The notes below the pieces were generated by a model. That model made no database searches and was not told where the DNA came from. It was given only the letters and a program-made list of their open reading frames with translations. A DNA stretch of 45,972 nt from assembly GCA_024686195.1 (NCBI GenBank), contig JAIBDO010000003.1, forward strand, positions 1 through 45,972, in the 5' to 3' direction. The translations under genes were made by a program, and so were the position numbers. This stretch comes from Gammaproteobacteria bacterium. Lineage in GTDB: Bacteria; Pseudomonadota; Gammaproteobacteria; GCA-001735895. This document shows positions 9,688 through 19,197 of this stretch, one piece after another; the stretch's first letter is position 1, and each line of letters opens with the position of its first letter.

Positions 9688-10527
9688 ATGACACGACCGA
9701 TGGCTGATGCCAGAAACATGGTTAATCTGAACCGCTACCCGATGCTTGATCTCGAGTCGGCTGAGGGCGCCGCTTTTGCTCGCAGCTGTCGCGAGGAATA
9801 TCTGCAAACCGGTTTATGCATGTTGAAGGAATTTATTCTGCCGCATGCCCTGCTGGACCTGGCCGAAGAAGCTGCCGGAATCGCGGATGAGGCCTATTTT
9901 TGCAAAAGCGCACACAATGCTTATTTAACCGCGGACGACGCGGACCGGACTGATGATGATATCGAGCGTCGGCAGGAAAAAACCTTTGTCGGCTCGGTCC
10001 CCTATGATCGAATCGATCAGGGCGGTCAGCTCAATGGCCTTTACCAATGGGACCCGTTAAAGAACTTTATCGGCTACGTGTTGGGCAAGGAAACCCTGTA
10101 CCGTTCGGCCGACCCTTTTGGCGCCTGTTCGATAAACGTGTTTGTCGATGGGGGTGAACATGGCTGGCATTTCGATGAATCCGAATTTACCGTCACGCTG
10201 ATGCTGCAACCGCCGGAAGTCGGTGGGGCCTTTGAGTATTTGCCGCTGATCCGCGGGCGCGATGATGAAAAGGAATTGGTTACCGGTTTACTGGATGGCA
10301 AACGGGATGGTGTGGTAGAGCTGCCATTCAGCGCCGGCACCTTGCTGATTTTTGGTGGCAATCAAACCATTCACCGCGTCACGCGCGTCCAGGGCGAACA
10401 GCCGAGGCTGGTGCCGGTATTGTGTTATAGCGAGACCCCGGGTCAGGTGAACAGTGAGTCAGTGCGCCAGTTATTCTGGGGGCGCAGCGGCCCCGCGGCG
10501 GACCTCCCGACATTGCTGTCTGCCTAG
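9688..10527 (+). CDS. Fe(II)/2OG oxygenase, BesD/HalD-like family, hydroxylase-type HxD site
   Basis: HGWHFDE...GGAFEY...HRVTRV...R pattern. The start could be 9688, 9700 or 9718. Confidence 0.75.
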   Translation: MTRPMADARNMVNLNRYPMLDLESAEGAAFARSCREEYLQTGLCMLKEFILPHALLDLAEEAAGIADEAYFCKSAHNAYLTADDADRTDDDIERRQEKTFVGSVPYDRIDQGGQLNGLYQWDPLKNFIGYVLGKETLYRSADPFGACSINVFVDGGEHGWHFDESEFTVTLMLQPPEVGGAFEYLPLIRGRDDEKELVTGLLDGKRDGVVELPFSAGTLLIFGGNQTIHRVTRVQGEQPRLVPVLCYSETPGQVNSESVRQLFWGRSGPAADLPTLLSA

Positions 10528-10742
10528 CTCCGCAAGCAAACAAAGTCGCAGTGTTTAATCTCAATTGAAGCGCCGTTGTTCAATCTGGATATTTTCAGGT
10601 CGATATTAGCTTTCCCCGAACCTTAATATCGGCATTTTGATAACCGCTTGATTTCATAGTCAGTTCATCGCAGGCTTCGCGCGGGCCGGCTCATTCCTGG
10701 GCGCTGTGCCTGGCATCACGAAGCGGATAGACGAGAGATTAT

Positions 10743-11615
10743 GTGAATACTACACCTGTCAATAATTTGCGCGGCATTGCGTTCCTGGTGGCCGCCGGTT
10801 TGTTTTTGACGACGAATGACGGCATCTCCAAATGGCTGGTGCCGCATTATCCTGTTGGCCAGCTACTATTCGTGCAGGCGGCTCTGATTACGCTCATTAC
10901 CGCCATCGTGATGCGTCTGCGAGGTGAAGCACCGCTCGCCGCGAGACGCTGGCGACCGCATTTCTATCGCGGCGGTCTGTATGTCATTGGTTCTTTTGCC
11001 TTTGTATTCGCGCTGCGCTATCTGCCGTTTGCCGAGGTCGTGGCGATCGCCTTTGCCGGACCGATGTTCATGACTTTGTTCGGCCGCTTTTTCCTCGCAG
11101 AATCGGTCGGCTGGCATCGGCTGGGTGCCGTAGTGGTCGGTTTCGTCGGGGTCCTGTTCGTGATTCGACCGGGCACCGAGGCCATGCACTGGGCCGTTGT
11201 TCTGCCATTGATCGTTGCCCTGGCCGATGCCGCACGCGACCTGGTCACGCGCAAAATGGCGGGTGGAGAATCCAGCCTGCGGATTGTTTTTACCACCGGC
11301 AGTATGCTGGCAATCGCTGGTCTGTTTACCGCCGGCTGGGGGTGGCAGGCCCTGCGTTTGCAGGATCTCGTCTGGTTCGCCATCAGTGCGAGTGCCTTTG
11401 TGGTCGCGCACTTTCTGATGGTGGAAGCGTTTCGTCACGGGCAGCTGGTTGCCGTCGCGCCGTTTCGCTACGTACAGATCATCTGGACAATTCTGGCTGG
11501 AATGCTGTTCTGGGGAGAGATCCCGACTCCGGCTGTTTTTGTGGGCATCGGCATTATCTGCGCCTCGGGTATTTATATCGCCTGGCGTGAAGCCACTGTC
11601 GGGAGAGTCAGGTAA
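10743..11615 (+). CDS. DMT/EamA family transporter
   Basis: About 10 hydrophobic segments, with GVLFVIRPG, VAPFRY and FWGEIP motifs. Confidence 0.9.
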   Translation: MNTTPVNNLRGIAFLVAAGLFLTTNDGISKWLVPHYPVGQLLFVQAALITLITAIVMRLRGEAPLAARRWRPHFYRGGLYVIGSFAFVFALRYLPFAEVVAIAFAGPMFMTLFGRFFLAESVGWHRLGAVVVGFVGVLFVIRPGTEAMHWAVVLPLIVALADAARDLVTRKMAGGESSLRIVFTTGSMLAIAGLFTAGWGWQALRLQDLVWFAISASAFVVAHFLMVEAFRHGQLVAVAPFRYVQIIWTILAGMLFWGEIPTPAVFVGIGIICASGIYIAWREATVGRVR

Positions 11616-11631
11616 AGCTGCAGGGGTTCCA

Positions 11632-11676
11632 TTGCCGAGCTCATTCTCGAGTTTCACTTGATACTGAGCTCGGCAA
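11632..11676. terminator. Inverted repeat between convergent genes, probable terminator
   Basis: TTGCCGAGCTCA (11632-11643) and TGAGCTCGGCAA (11665-11676) form perfect 12-bp arms, followed by T-rich sequence on the + strand. Confidence 0.55.
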
Positions 11677-11727
11677 AGTTTCTTTCTGTCATGATTGAAT
11701 GACGCTCATGCCCGGCTCGATAAACGT

Positions 11728-12900
11728 CTAGTCGATTACCGGCACACTGCGTGGAAATCTCGTCAGGCATTCGGCTCCCGATTGCGTAACGGCCACGGTT
11801 TCGCTCATTTCCATACCCCAGTCATCCAGCCACATACCGAGCATGACGTGCACAACCATGTTCTGTTCGATCACGGTTTCTTCACCCGCTCGCAAACTCA
11901 CGGTGTGCTCACCCCAGTCCGGCGAATAGCCGACACCAATGCTGTAACCGATACGACTTTCCTTAACCAGCCCGTGTTTATCCAGCACGGTTTGCCAGGC
12001 ACGATGCACGTCGCCTGCCAGAACCCCGGGCTTTATAGATTCAAGCACCGCATCGAGGCCTTCTTCCACGGCAGTGGCCGTATCGAAAACAGTTTGCGGG
12101 CCCTTGCCCAGTTGTACGGTGCGTGCCAGGCCCGCATTGTAACGTTTGCGGGTTCCACCCAGTTCCAGCGCTACCGTCTGGCCATCGATGAACTTTTCAT
12201 CCGTCCACATGGGGTGTGCGGTGGTCGCCGCTTCACCAGCCAGGATTAATGGTGACAGGGCAGTCAGATCACCGCCGAACTGTTCATTCCCGCCGACCTG
12301 GGCAGCCACGATTTTCGACATCAGGTCGCATTGCCTAACACCCGGTGCAATCGTTTCATAGGCGACTGTCATCGCATCTTCGACCAGGCGCGCCGCCTGG
12401 CGCATTACGTCAATCTCGGCGCTGCTTTTTATGGCACGGCACCAGTTAACCAGCAAGTCAGCATCTATCCATTGCACTCCATCGACTCCACGTTGCAGGC
12501 AAGCGAGTGATTTGGGTGAGAAGAAATAGGTGTCGCTCTCGTAACCGATGCGTTTTCCCTGCAGCGACAAATCGCAGAGATATCCGGCAACAACCTCCAT
12601 CGGATGCACGCCCGCGCGTTGCACGTAATCTTCTGCATAAGGTTTGATCGAAGCCTGCTGGAGATAGGTCGTTAGTGAGACCGCGCCTGCATCCATCTTG
12701 CGTCCCATCCAGATGGGGTCGTGATCGTGCAGCACCAACATTACCTGCGGCACATAGAAAGACCAGGCATCAAAGCCGGTCAGCCAGTTCATGTTGGCGG
12801 GGTCACCAATCAGCATGGCGTCCAGATCTCTTTCTGACATGCTGTCGCGAACCTTTTTCAGGCGTGACTGGTATTCTTCTCTGGCAAAGGCGGCCGGCAT
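11728..12900 (-). CDS. doeA: M24 family hydrolase, ectoine hydrolase DoeA/EutD-like
   Basis: FAREEYQSRL...DPANMNWLTGFDAWSFYVPQ, LLVNWCRAIKS and SRIGYSIGVGYSPDWGEHTVSLR match DoeA-like sequences. The substrate is unproven. Confidence 0.65.
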   Translation of the reverse strand: MPAAFAREEYQSRLKKVRDSMSERDLDAMLIGDPANMNWLTGFDAWSFYVPQVMLVLHDHDPIWMGRKMDAGAVSLTTYLQQASIKPYAEDYVQRAGVHPMEVVAGYLCDLSLQGKRIGYESDTYFFSPKSLACLQRGVDGVQWIDADLLVNWCRAIKSSAEIDVMRQAARLVEDAMTVAYETIAPGVRQCDLMSKIVAAQVGGNEQFGGDLTALSPLILAGEAATTAHPMWTDEKFIDGQTVALELGGTRKRYNAGLARTVQLGKGPQTVFDTATAVEEGLDAVLESIKPGVLAGDVHRAWQTVLDKHGLVKESRIGYSIGVGYSPDWGEHTVSLRAGEETVIEQNMVVHVMLGMWLDDWGMEMSETVAVTQSGAECLTRFPRSVPVID

Positions 12901-13173
12901 TTGTTCTCTCGCTTTAAGTATTTGTGGATTGACGGATCAGAAACTAATTTGAGTAGAAAGACAATAGGCGAGTGAGTCGGATTAACTACTTTCTCAAGCC
13001 TTGTGCAATAGCGACGATATTTGCCCGGGGCATACGCAGGAGGGGGCAGACAAAACCTGTCAATGTGTCACTGGGGCGATCCTGAAACTCGGGGGACAAG
13101 TCGCCCGAACCAGACCGAAGAGTAGGTCAAACCAGGCGTAATTTTGATCTACCCAAGTGTTTCCAGTGAGCGG

Positions 13174-13737
13174 TTAATCGGCAGTCATCAGGCTGTCGAA
13201 ACCGGGCAGCTGCTCGAGGAATTCGTCGTGAGTCTCACGACTGGCCTGGTAATACAGGAAGTCGATAAAGTCCCCCTGTGGAAAATTGCGCAGCAGTTGC
13301 GATTCACTACAAGGATCAAGTTTGTTGGCGCATTGCAGTAGGCGGGCGAGAAAAAGACGCGGATCGGCATCACCGATTTCGATCTGAATGGATGAACTGC
13401 TCGAGTTCATTATCTCGAATTGCGTTACCTGTATCGAACGCACTTCTTCCCGGTACCAGTGTTGCAATTCCCGAACCAGTTCGGCTGCTTCGATTTCACC
13501 TTTGCCGATGGGTAGCGTGATCACCAGGCCGGAAGAAGACAGCGTAGATGAAGCCAGGCTAGAACTCCGGGCAATCTGAATCTGCGCATGCGCCTTGCAT
13601 ATATCGCGCAATACGCGGCGGTTGATGCGTCGCTGCATCGCCAGCAGATTTTCAGTTTGAGGGAGTTGTTGCAGCTGTGCCTGCGCCTGGCCAACCAGTG
13701 ACAGGTGTCGAGTGGTACTCGATGTAATCGCTTTCAT
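13174..13737 (-). CDS. Hypothetical protein
   Basis: ORF with GGAGG ahead of ATG 13737, divergent from the Lrp gene. No recognised motif. Confidence 0.55.
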   Translation of the reverse strand: MKAITSSTTRHLSLVGQAQAQLQQLPQTENLLAMQRRINRRVLRDICKAHAQIQIARSSSLASSTLSSSGLVITLPIGKGEIEAAELVRELQHWYREEVRSIQVTQFEIMNSSSSSIQIEIGDADPRLFLARLLQCANKLDPCSESQLLRNFPQGDFIDFLYYQASRETHDEFLEQLPGFDSLMTAD

Positions 13738-13850
13738 AAATGGCCTCCGCAAACTATCTGGCAGTATAGAGAAGTCATCGCGCAATTAACGGTCGTAAAT
13801 TGCTGTATAAATATTATAATTTGGCAGAATCTATCAATGCAGGTGTAATT

Positions 13851-14309
13851 TTGGATCAAATTGACCGAAAAATTATTGCCGAGCTGCAAAAGAACGGACG
13901 ACTGAATAATCAGGAGTTGAGCGAGAAGGTGGCATTGTCACCATCGCCATGTTTGCGTCGGGTACGCCAGCTTGAAAATAAAAAAATCATCCACGGATAT
14001 ACCGCGATCGTCGACCAGGATGCCTGTGGCTTGCCTATCACCGCTTTTGTCTCGGTTCGTCTGGAAAAGCAGAATCAGGAAAGCATCGAAATTCTCGAGC
14101 GTGGCATCGTCGACCTGGATGAAGTAATCGCTTGCTACCTGATGTCTGGCACTTCAGATTATTTGCTGCACGTGCTGAGCGCTTCGCTGAAAGACTACGA
14201 ATCGTTCATTCGCGACAAGCTCACCCGTATACCGGGCATGGGCACAGTGGAAACTCATTTTGCCTTCGGCCAGGTCAAACGCACCCAGGTATTCCCCGGT
14301 TTCACCTGA
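13851..14309 (+). CDS. Lrp/AsnC family transcriptional regulator
   Basis: LDQIDRKII..LQKNGRLNNQELSEKVALSPSPCLRRV HTH region and CYLMSGTSDYLL RAM-domain segment. TTG start inferred. Confidence 0.95.
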   Translation: MDQIDRKIIAELQKNGRLNNQELSEKVALSPSPCLRRVRQLENKKIIHGYTAIVDQDACGLPITAFVSVRLEKQNQESIEILERGIVDLDEVIACYLMSGTSDYLLHVLSASLKDYESFIRDKLTRIPGMGTVETHFAFGQVKRTQVFPGFT

Positions 14310-14442
14310 TCTGCTTGCGCGTCGGGTTGCAATTTATTCAGTTATTCAACTAGACCGGGAGGTCGCAGCGATCATTATTTGATATCAGGTAAGGGAGCGT
14401 GTCACGATAGCGCCACAAATATTTTCAGATAGAGAACCTGCA

Positions 14443-14913
14443 ATGAAATTTGAAGGGCAATTGCTAAGCATTCACATCGCCGCAACGGGCGGCGAGGCCA
14501 TGACGGAACTGGGCGAAGCCACCTTGATCGAGGGCGTTGGCATCGAAGGTGATCGCTACGCTACGGGCAGAGGTTACTACTCGGACAGGCCGGATATACG
14601 CGAAGTAACCCTGATCGATGAGGAAACGTTAATCGCGATTGAAAGAGATCACGGTATCGAGCTGTTACCCGCCGAGCATCGCAGAAACCTGACGACACGC
14701 GATGTGCCTCTCAATCATCTGGTTGGGCGGCGCTTCAAGATTGGGGAAACCATCCTGGAAGGTGGAAGGTTGAATGTTCCCTGTAAATATCTACAAACCT
14801 TGTTGAACAAGAAGGTATTCGTGCCACTTCTGAATCGATCCGGCCTGAATTGCCGGATCATTGAGGGCGGTAAGATATTTTGCGGCGACCTGATAACCGA
14901 TATTGATCATTAA
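14443..14913 (+). CDS. MOSC domain-containing protein
   Basis: GIEGDRY, RRNLTT, VGRRFKIGE, PCKYL and GKIFCGD motifs. Confidence 0.9.
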   Translation: MKFEGQLLSIHIAATGGEAMTELGEATLIEGVGIEGDRYATGRGYYSDRPDIREVTLIDEETLIAIERDHGIELLPAEHRRNLTTRDVPLNHLVGRRFKIGETILEGGRLNVPCKYLQTLLNKKVFVPLLNRSGLNCRIIEGGKIFCGDLITDIDH

Positions 14914-15016
14914 CAACCGCAGGCAAAGGCGGTTTGGAAACGGCGATGATGAATGGATCGGTTTCTCGGCACGCGAATTTAACGCCTCGGTCGGCTAAAG
15001 TTCGCGCGCAGAATGG

Positions 15017-16183
15017 CTACCTGCCATGGCGAATCACAGTTTCAACAATGGACTCAATCTCCGCTACCGTGGCCCTGCGCGGGTTGGTTGCCGCGGCGCT
15101 ATCCTGGATCGCTTTTTCGGCGATCGCGGTGATGCAATCGTCCGGTATGCCGATGTCTGCCAGGTTCCTGGGGATATCCAGTTGGTCGAGCAGGTCGCAA
15201 ACCCGGCGATAAAATGCTTCGAATGAATGGTCCCCGATATTCATCGCATCGCAGATCTGCGGTATCTTGTCGGCGATCGATTCGGCATTAAATTTTAGTA
15301 CCGCGGGCAATACGATTGCATTGGTCAGGCCGTGATGGGTGTCATACTCGGCACCGACCATGTGGCTGATCGCATGCACCATCCCCAGGCCTTTGAGAAA
15401 AGCGATACCGGCGAGACAGGAGCCCGTCAGCATGCCGCCACGAGCTTCGATGTTAGCAGGATCATTAACCGCCGTGGGCAACCAGGTATTGATCAGCCGC
15501 AAGCCCTCGAGCGCGATACCGTCGCACAGCGGATGAAAGCCCGGTACGCAGTAAGCCTCGATTGCGTGCACCATCGCATCACAACCGGTCCAGGCCGTCA
15601 GGTTTGCCGGAAGGCCGGCCGTGATTTCGGGGTCGAGCAGCGCCAGCGCCGGTTTCAGCTGCGGATGCCAGGTGCAGAATTTCATCATGCGTTCGACCTC
15701 GGTGATCATCGCGGTACCCTCGGTCTCGGCACCGGTGCCTGCCGTCGTGGGGATGCAGATTAAAGGAGGGAAGGCTGCCTCGTTAGTCATGTCCGGTGGG
15801 GTCTGTTCGAACTCGAAGGCCCACAGGTCGATGTCGTTGTTAGCCACGACCGCAATCGCCTTGCCGCCATCCATGCCAGAGCCCCCACCCACGGCGACAA
15901 TGCCGTCATGCCCGCCCTGGCGGAACATTTCGCGTCCGGCGGCGATTTCATCTCCGCGCGGATTGGGAGAGATGCCGGCATAGAGAGCGCAGGGCAGGTC
16001 GTTATCCTCGAGCGTGTGCATGATGCTGGCGATGAAAGGCAGCTCGCGGCTGCCGCGATCGGTTACCAGCAAAGGTTTTGTCATACCGGCATTGCGGCAG
16101 AAGTCGGCAATTTCGGCGATTCGTCCGGGGCCATAGGCAATCGGTACCGGAAAATTCCAGTCCTGGGCTTCGAGCATGGTCAT
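15017..16183 (-). CDS. Iron-containing alcohol dehydrogenase
   Basis: GGGSGMDGGK, IPTTAGTGAE, DAMVHAIEAY, HAISH and HHGLTNA motifs. Confidence 0.95.
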   Translation of the reverse strand: MTMLEAQDWNFPVPIAYGPGRIAEIADFCRNAGMTKPLLVTDRGSRELPFIASIMHTLEDNDLPCALYAGISPNPRGDEIAAGREMFRQGGHDGIVAVGGGSGMDGGKAIAVVANNDIDLWAFEFEQTPPDMTNEAAFPPLICIPTTAGTGAETEGTAMITEVERMMKFCTWHPQLKPALALLDPEITAGLPANLTAWTGCDAMVHAIEAYCVPGFHPLCDGIALEGLRLINTWLPTAVNDPANIEARGGMLTGSCLAGIAFLKGLGMVHAISHMVGAEYDTHHGLTNAIVLPAVLKFNAESIADKIPQICDAMNIGDHSFEAFYRRVCDLLDQLDIPRNLADIGIPDDCITAIAEKAIQDSAAATNPRRATVAEIESIVETVIRHGR

Positions 16184-16265
16184 TTTGGTGGATTCTCCTG
16201 GTTCTCTTTACAATCGCCGAGGCGGCTTTGGGCCATAACTAACAAAATCGTATGATTCATTCTCT

Positions 16266-17393
16266 TCATTCCAGGCCTCGCGGGATACGCTTTTCGATAT
16301 CGTAGAAAGGCAGTTCTACAATTTCACAGAGGGCTGTCACACCGCCATCGGTCTCCACCGTCAATGTTCGCCCAATCCAGTCCGCTGGACTATCGAATCT
16401 GGCATAGCCAATGCCCAGGTCCAGCGTTGGCGACCACACGGCTGCTGTAATTTGACCGACAACCGTCGAGGCTTCAAGTATTGCGCCATGATCAGCGGGG
16501 GTCGCAGTTTCACACTTAAGGCCGAGCAGCCGAGATCGCCTGTCCGCTGCCAGCAGCGCCTCTCTGCCAATAAAGCCTTCCTTGTCGAGGTCGATGAATT
16601 TACCCAGCCCGGTCGCAAATGGTGTCATGGAATGATCAAAATCGGAAAGGTTGTCCAGAATGCCCGCTTCGATCCGGCGCATAATCATGGAAGCCATACA
16701 GCCGTATACCATGCCATGCGCAGCACCTGCTTCCATTACATCACTCCAGAGTCGCTTATGATCGGTCTTTTTGCCTGCGCAGTAGATTTCATAACCCCGT
16801 TCCCCAGTCCAGCCCGTGCGCGAAACATACAGCTCCTGCCCGCCGATATCGAAAAAACCTGAATGGAAATACTTCATGTTTTCATCGATGGCACCGTTGG
16901 TCGCGTCGGCCATGATCTTCATCGAATTCGGACCCTGAATCTGTAGTACCCGGGAATTCGGATTTGATACCTTTATATCGAAACCGTCACTGTGTGCGAT
17001 GAACCAGGTCTCGAGGTCACCGTCAGCTTGCACATACCAGAATCGGTCTTCAGCCATTCTGAACAGAATGCCGTCCATGAACATGCCGCCAGCAGCGGTG
17101 CAGGCAATCGTATAACGGCCACGCCCCGGGGGCAGATTGCAGATCCTCCGTGCGAAAATTCTTTCCAGGAAAGGCACTGCATCCGGTCCCTCGATCTGCC
17201 AGGGTTTTTCCGGTACGTCATAGAGCACCGCTGCCTGCCTCAGCTTCCAGTAAGTTTCCAGCGGATCCTGACCATTGGCAGACTCGTAGTAGCGTCCTGC
17301 AGCCACACCGAGAACGGATTCCGGGCTGGCATAGCAATCGAAATAGGGTGACTGCTCGAAACGCCGCGCACTGAGTCGAATCAGTTTGCTCAT
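16266..17393 (-). CDS. GcvT-family aminomethyltransferase (DmdA-like THF-dependent demethylase)
   Basis: YDVPE...IEGPDA, LQIQGP, SRTGWTGERGYEIY, RRIEAG and LPFYD motifs. Confidence 0.9.
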   Translation of the reverse strand: MSKLIRLSARRFEQSPYFDCYASPESVLGVAAGRYYESANGQDPLETYWKLRQAAVLYDVPEKPWQIEGPDAVPFLERIFARRICNLPPGRGRYTIACTAAGGMFMDGILFRMAEDRFWYVQADGDLETWFIAHSDGFDIKVSNPNSRVLQIQGPNSMKIMADATNGAIDENMKYFHSGFFDIGGQELYVSRTGWTGERGYEIYCAGKKTDHKRLWSDVMEAGAAHGMVYGCMASMIMRRIEAGILDNLSDFDHSMTPFATGLGKFIDLDKEGFIGREALLAADRRSRLLGLKCETATPADHGAILEASTVVGQITAAVWSPTLDLGIGYARFDSPADWIGRTLTVETDGGVTALCEIVELPFYDIEKRIPRGLE

Positions 17394-17436
17394 TTTTATT
17401 TGATATCCTGAGAATTGTATTTAGGCATCGATACCC

Positions 17437-18354
17437 TCAGCCATAGATGGAATGAACCGGTTCCTGTTTCCTGCTGTGGCCAAATAACACTTCGATAAGT
17501 CCGGCGAGTACGATAGCGGCTGCCCCCGCCCACTGTATCCACAACATGGTTTCCTCTGGCACCAGGATGGCGGCGCTGATAATCGCGACAATCACTTCCG
17601 ACATGGTCAGGATGCCGACGCGACCCGGGAACAATAATTGTGACACTCTGAAAATAATACAGAAGCAGGGTAGCAGGATAAAAATAGACCAGAAGGCGGC
17701 CGTGGGAAAAGCCGCTTGCATCATCGTAAAGTCGGGTAGCGGGTCTACATAAAGAACCCCGGCGAACAGGGCGGAAATTACGGTCGTTGAAATGAAGATA
17801 AAAGCGGCCAGAGGAAGGATGGGAATATTCGACCAACGATTGAGTGTGGCCACGCCGATGGCCCAGAAGATTCCTGACAGAAAACTATAGAGATCCCCGA
17901 TGTTAAGCGGGTAGTCCGATGACTCTCCGTCTGATAGTAATAGAAATAATCCCAGGAATGCTACGCCGATGGCAATGATGCGGGCTCTGGTTAAAGGTTC
18001 GGATAGCCATATTACGCCGATCAGGGTGGACCAGACCGGCGTCAGATAGTAGAGCATCGTGGCCCTGACAATGGTAGTTTCTACCAACCCGTTTGCGTAT
18101 AGCGTAAAAGCCATGCCGATCATAATCGCAGCGAGCAGCGTTGGACCGGCGATACCGATTAGCTTCCTGTAATGCAACACGAGCCAGGGCAGTAACACGA
18201 TCAACGGGCATGCGTTAAAAAAGACGACACTCCAGGAGCCCGATAGTCCTGCGTTTTCGATGGCCCTGAGGGGGAACCAGTAAAGCCCCCATGCCGCGGC
18301 ACTCAGGAAGAGTGCCAGACTGAGGGTTTTGTCGGAATTTTTATCTGAAAGCAT
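17437..18354 (-). CDS. DMT/EamA family transporter
   Basis: WGLYWFPLR, LYYLTPVWSTL and GRVGIL..SEV motifs with multiple TM segments. The start is either 18354 or 18381. Confidence 0.88.
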   Translation of the reverse strand: MLSDKNSDKTLSLALFLSAAAWGLYWFPLRAIENAGLSGSWSVVFFNACPLIVLLPWLVLHYRKLIGIAGPTLLAAIMIGMAFTLYANGLVETTIVRATMLYYLTPVWSTLIGVIWLSEPLTRARIIAIGVAFLGLFLLLSDGESSDYPLNIGDLYSFLSGIFWAIGVATLNRWSNIPILPLAAFIFISTTVISALFAGVLYVDPLPDFTMMQAAFPTAAFWSIFILLPCFCIIFRVSQLLFPGRVGILTMSEVIVAIISAAILVPEETMLWIQWAGAAAIVLAGLIEVLFGHSRKQEPVHSIYG

Positions 18355-18416
18355 GGCGTTTCTTAAGTTGCCCTGATGCAAACCATTCAGGCATAAATCT
18401 GCAGCTATGATGAAGC

Positions 18417-18824
18417 TTAACTGTCATCAAAATCAGCTGGGTACTCGTCATTTTGCGGCAGATTATCCCCGATTTCTATCCACGGTGCCTTCGAGCCAAC
18501 GAAGATGTGTTGATCTGGATGAACTTCCGGATCACCTTCCATCGAGCCGAACGTGACCTGGCAAACTTTGCCTTTCCAGGACCCGGCAACATTCGATCCG
18601 CACTGACTGCAGAAAAGAAATCCACCATCGCCCGGTGCATAGGTCTTGACCAACGCTTCCCCGGAGGTCCATTTGAAGTTCTCCGGCTCGAATCCCGCGT
18701 AGGACCCGAATGCCGCACCGTGAGCCCTGCGGCATTGCGAGCAATGGCAATGCCAGGCCGTAGGGTAGGGGCCGCTAACTTCATAAGAAACTTCGCCGCA
18801 TAAACAACTGCCTCGAATTGTCAT
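18417..18824 (-). CDS. GFA family protein (glutathione-dependent formaldehyde-activating / CENP-V fold)
   Basis: GSCLCG, CHCSQCRRAHG, FCSQCGS and HIFVGSKAPW motifs. GGAG precedes ATG 18824. Confidence 0.92.
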   Translation of the reverse strand: MTIRGSCLCGEVSYEVSGPYPTAWHCHCSQCRRAHGAAFGSYAGFEPENFKWTSGEALVKTYAPGDGGFLFCSQCGSNVAGSWKGKVCQVTFGSMEGDPEVHPDQHIFVGSKAPWIEIGDNLPQNDEYPADFDDS

Positions 18825-19197
18825 ACTTTCTCCATCACCAGGATTAGTTTTTTGATTACCACGGCAAATCCACAAGTTCGCCACGAGTTACCGACTAGAA
18901 CTTTTTCTGGGCATTACTTCCGTCTACACCCGCGACATTACCAGAAGATAGGAAATGGTACCGCTCGTTTATCTGGCGCTTTGAATTAATACTCAATTGA
19001 CATCCAAATCCACTAAAAGTAAGTTTCCCGAAGCACGAGTTTTTACGCAATTTTGAAGCCCGTTTTGGTGCAACTTCGATTAGCATGGCGTATCTAAAGC
19101 TGCGCACCGATGCTGCAGGCTCCGGGATGGTGCCGTTACTGAATCAACATGGCGATTCGGTGTGGACTGAATTTGAAAAGCAGGAAACAGACTAAGC

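Noticed and set aside
9688-10527. Radical halogenase call
   Set aside because: The HxD Asp is retained (WHFD), which predicts hydroxylase chemistry.
16266-17393. Naming the gene dmdA or gcvT
   Set aside because: Only family-level motifs are visible, there is no gcvH/gcvP nearby, and orthology to DmdA cannot be established by eye.
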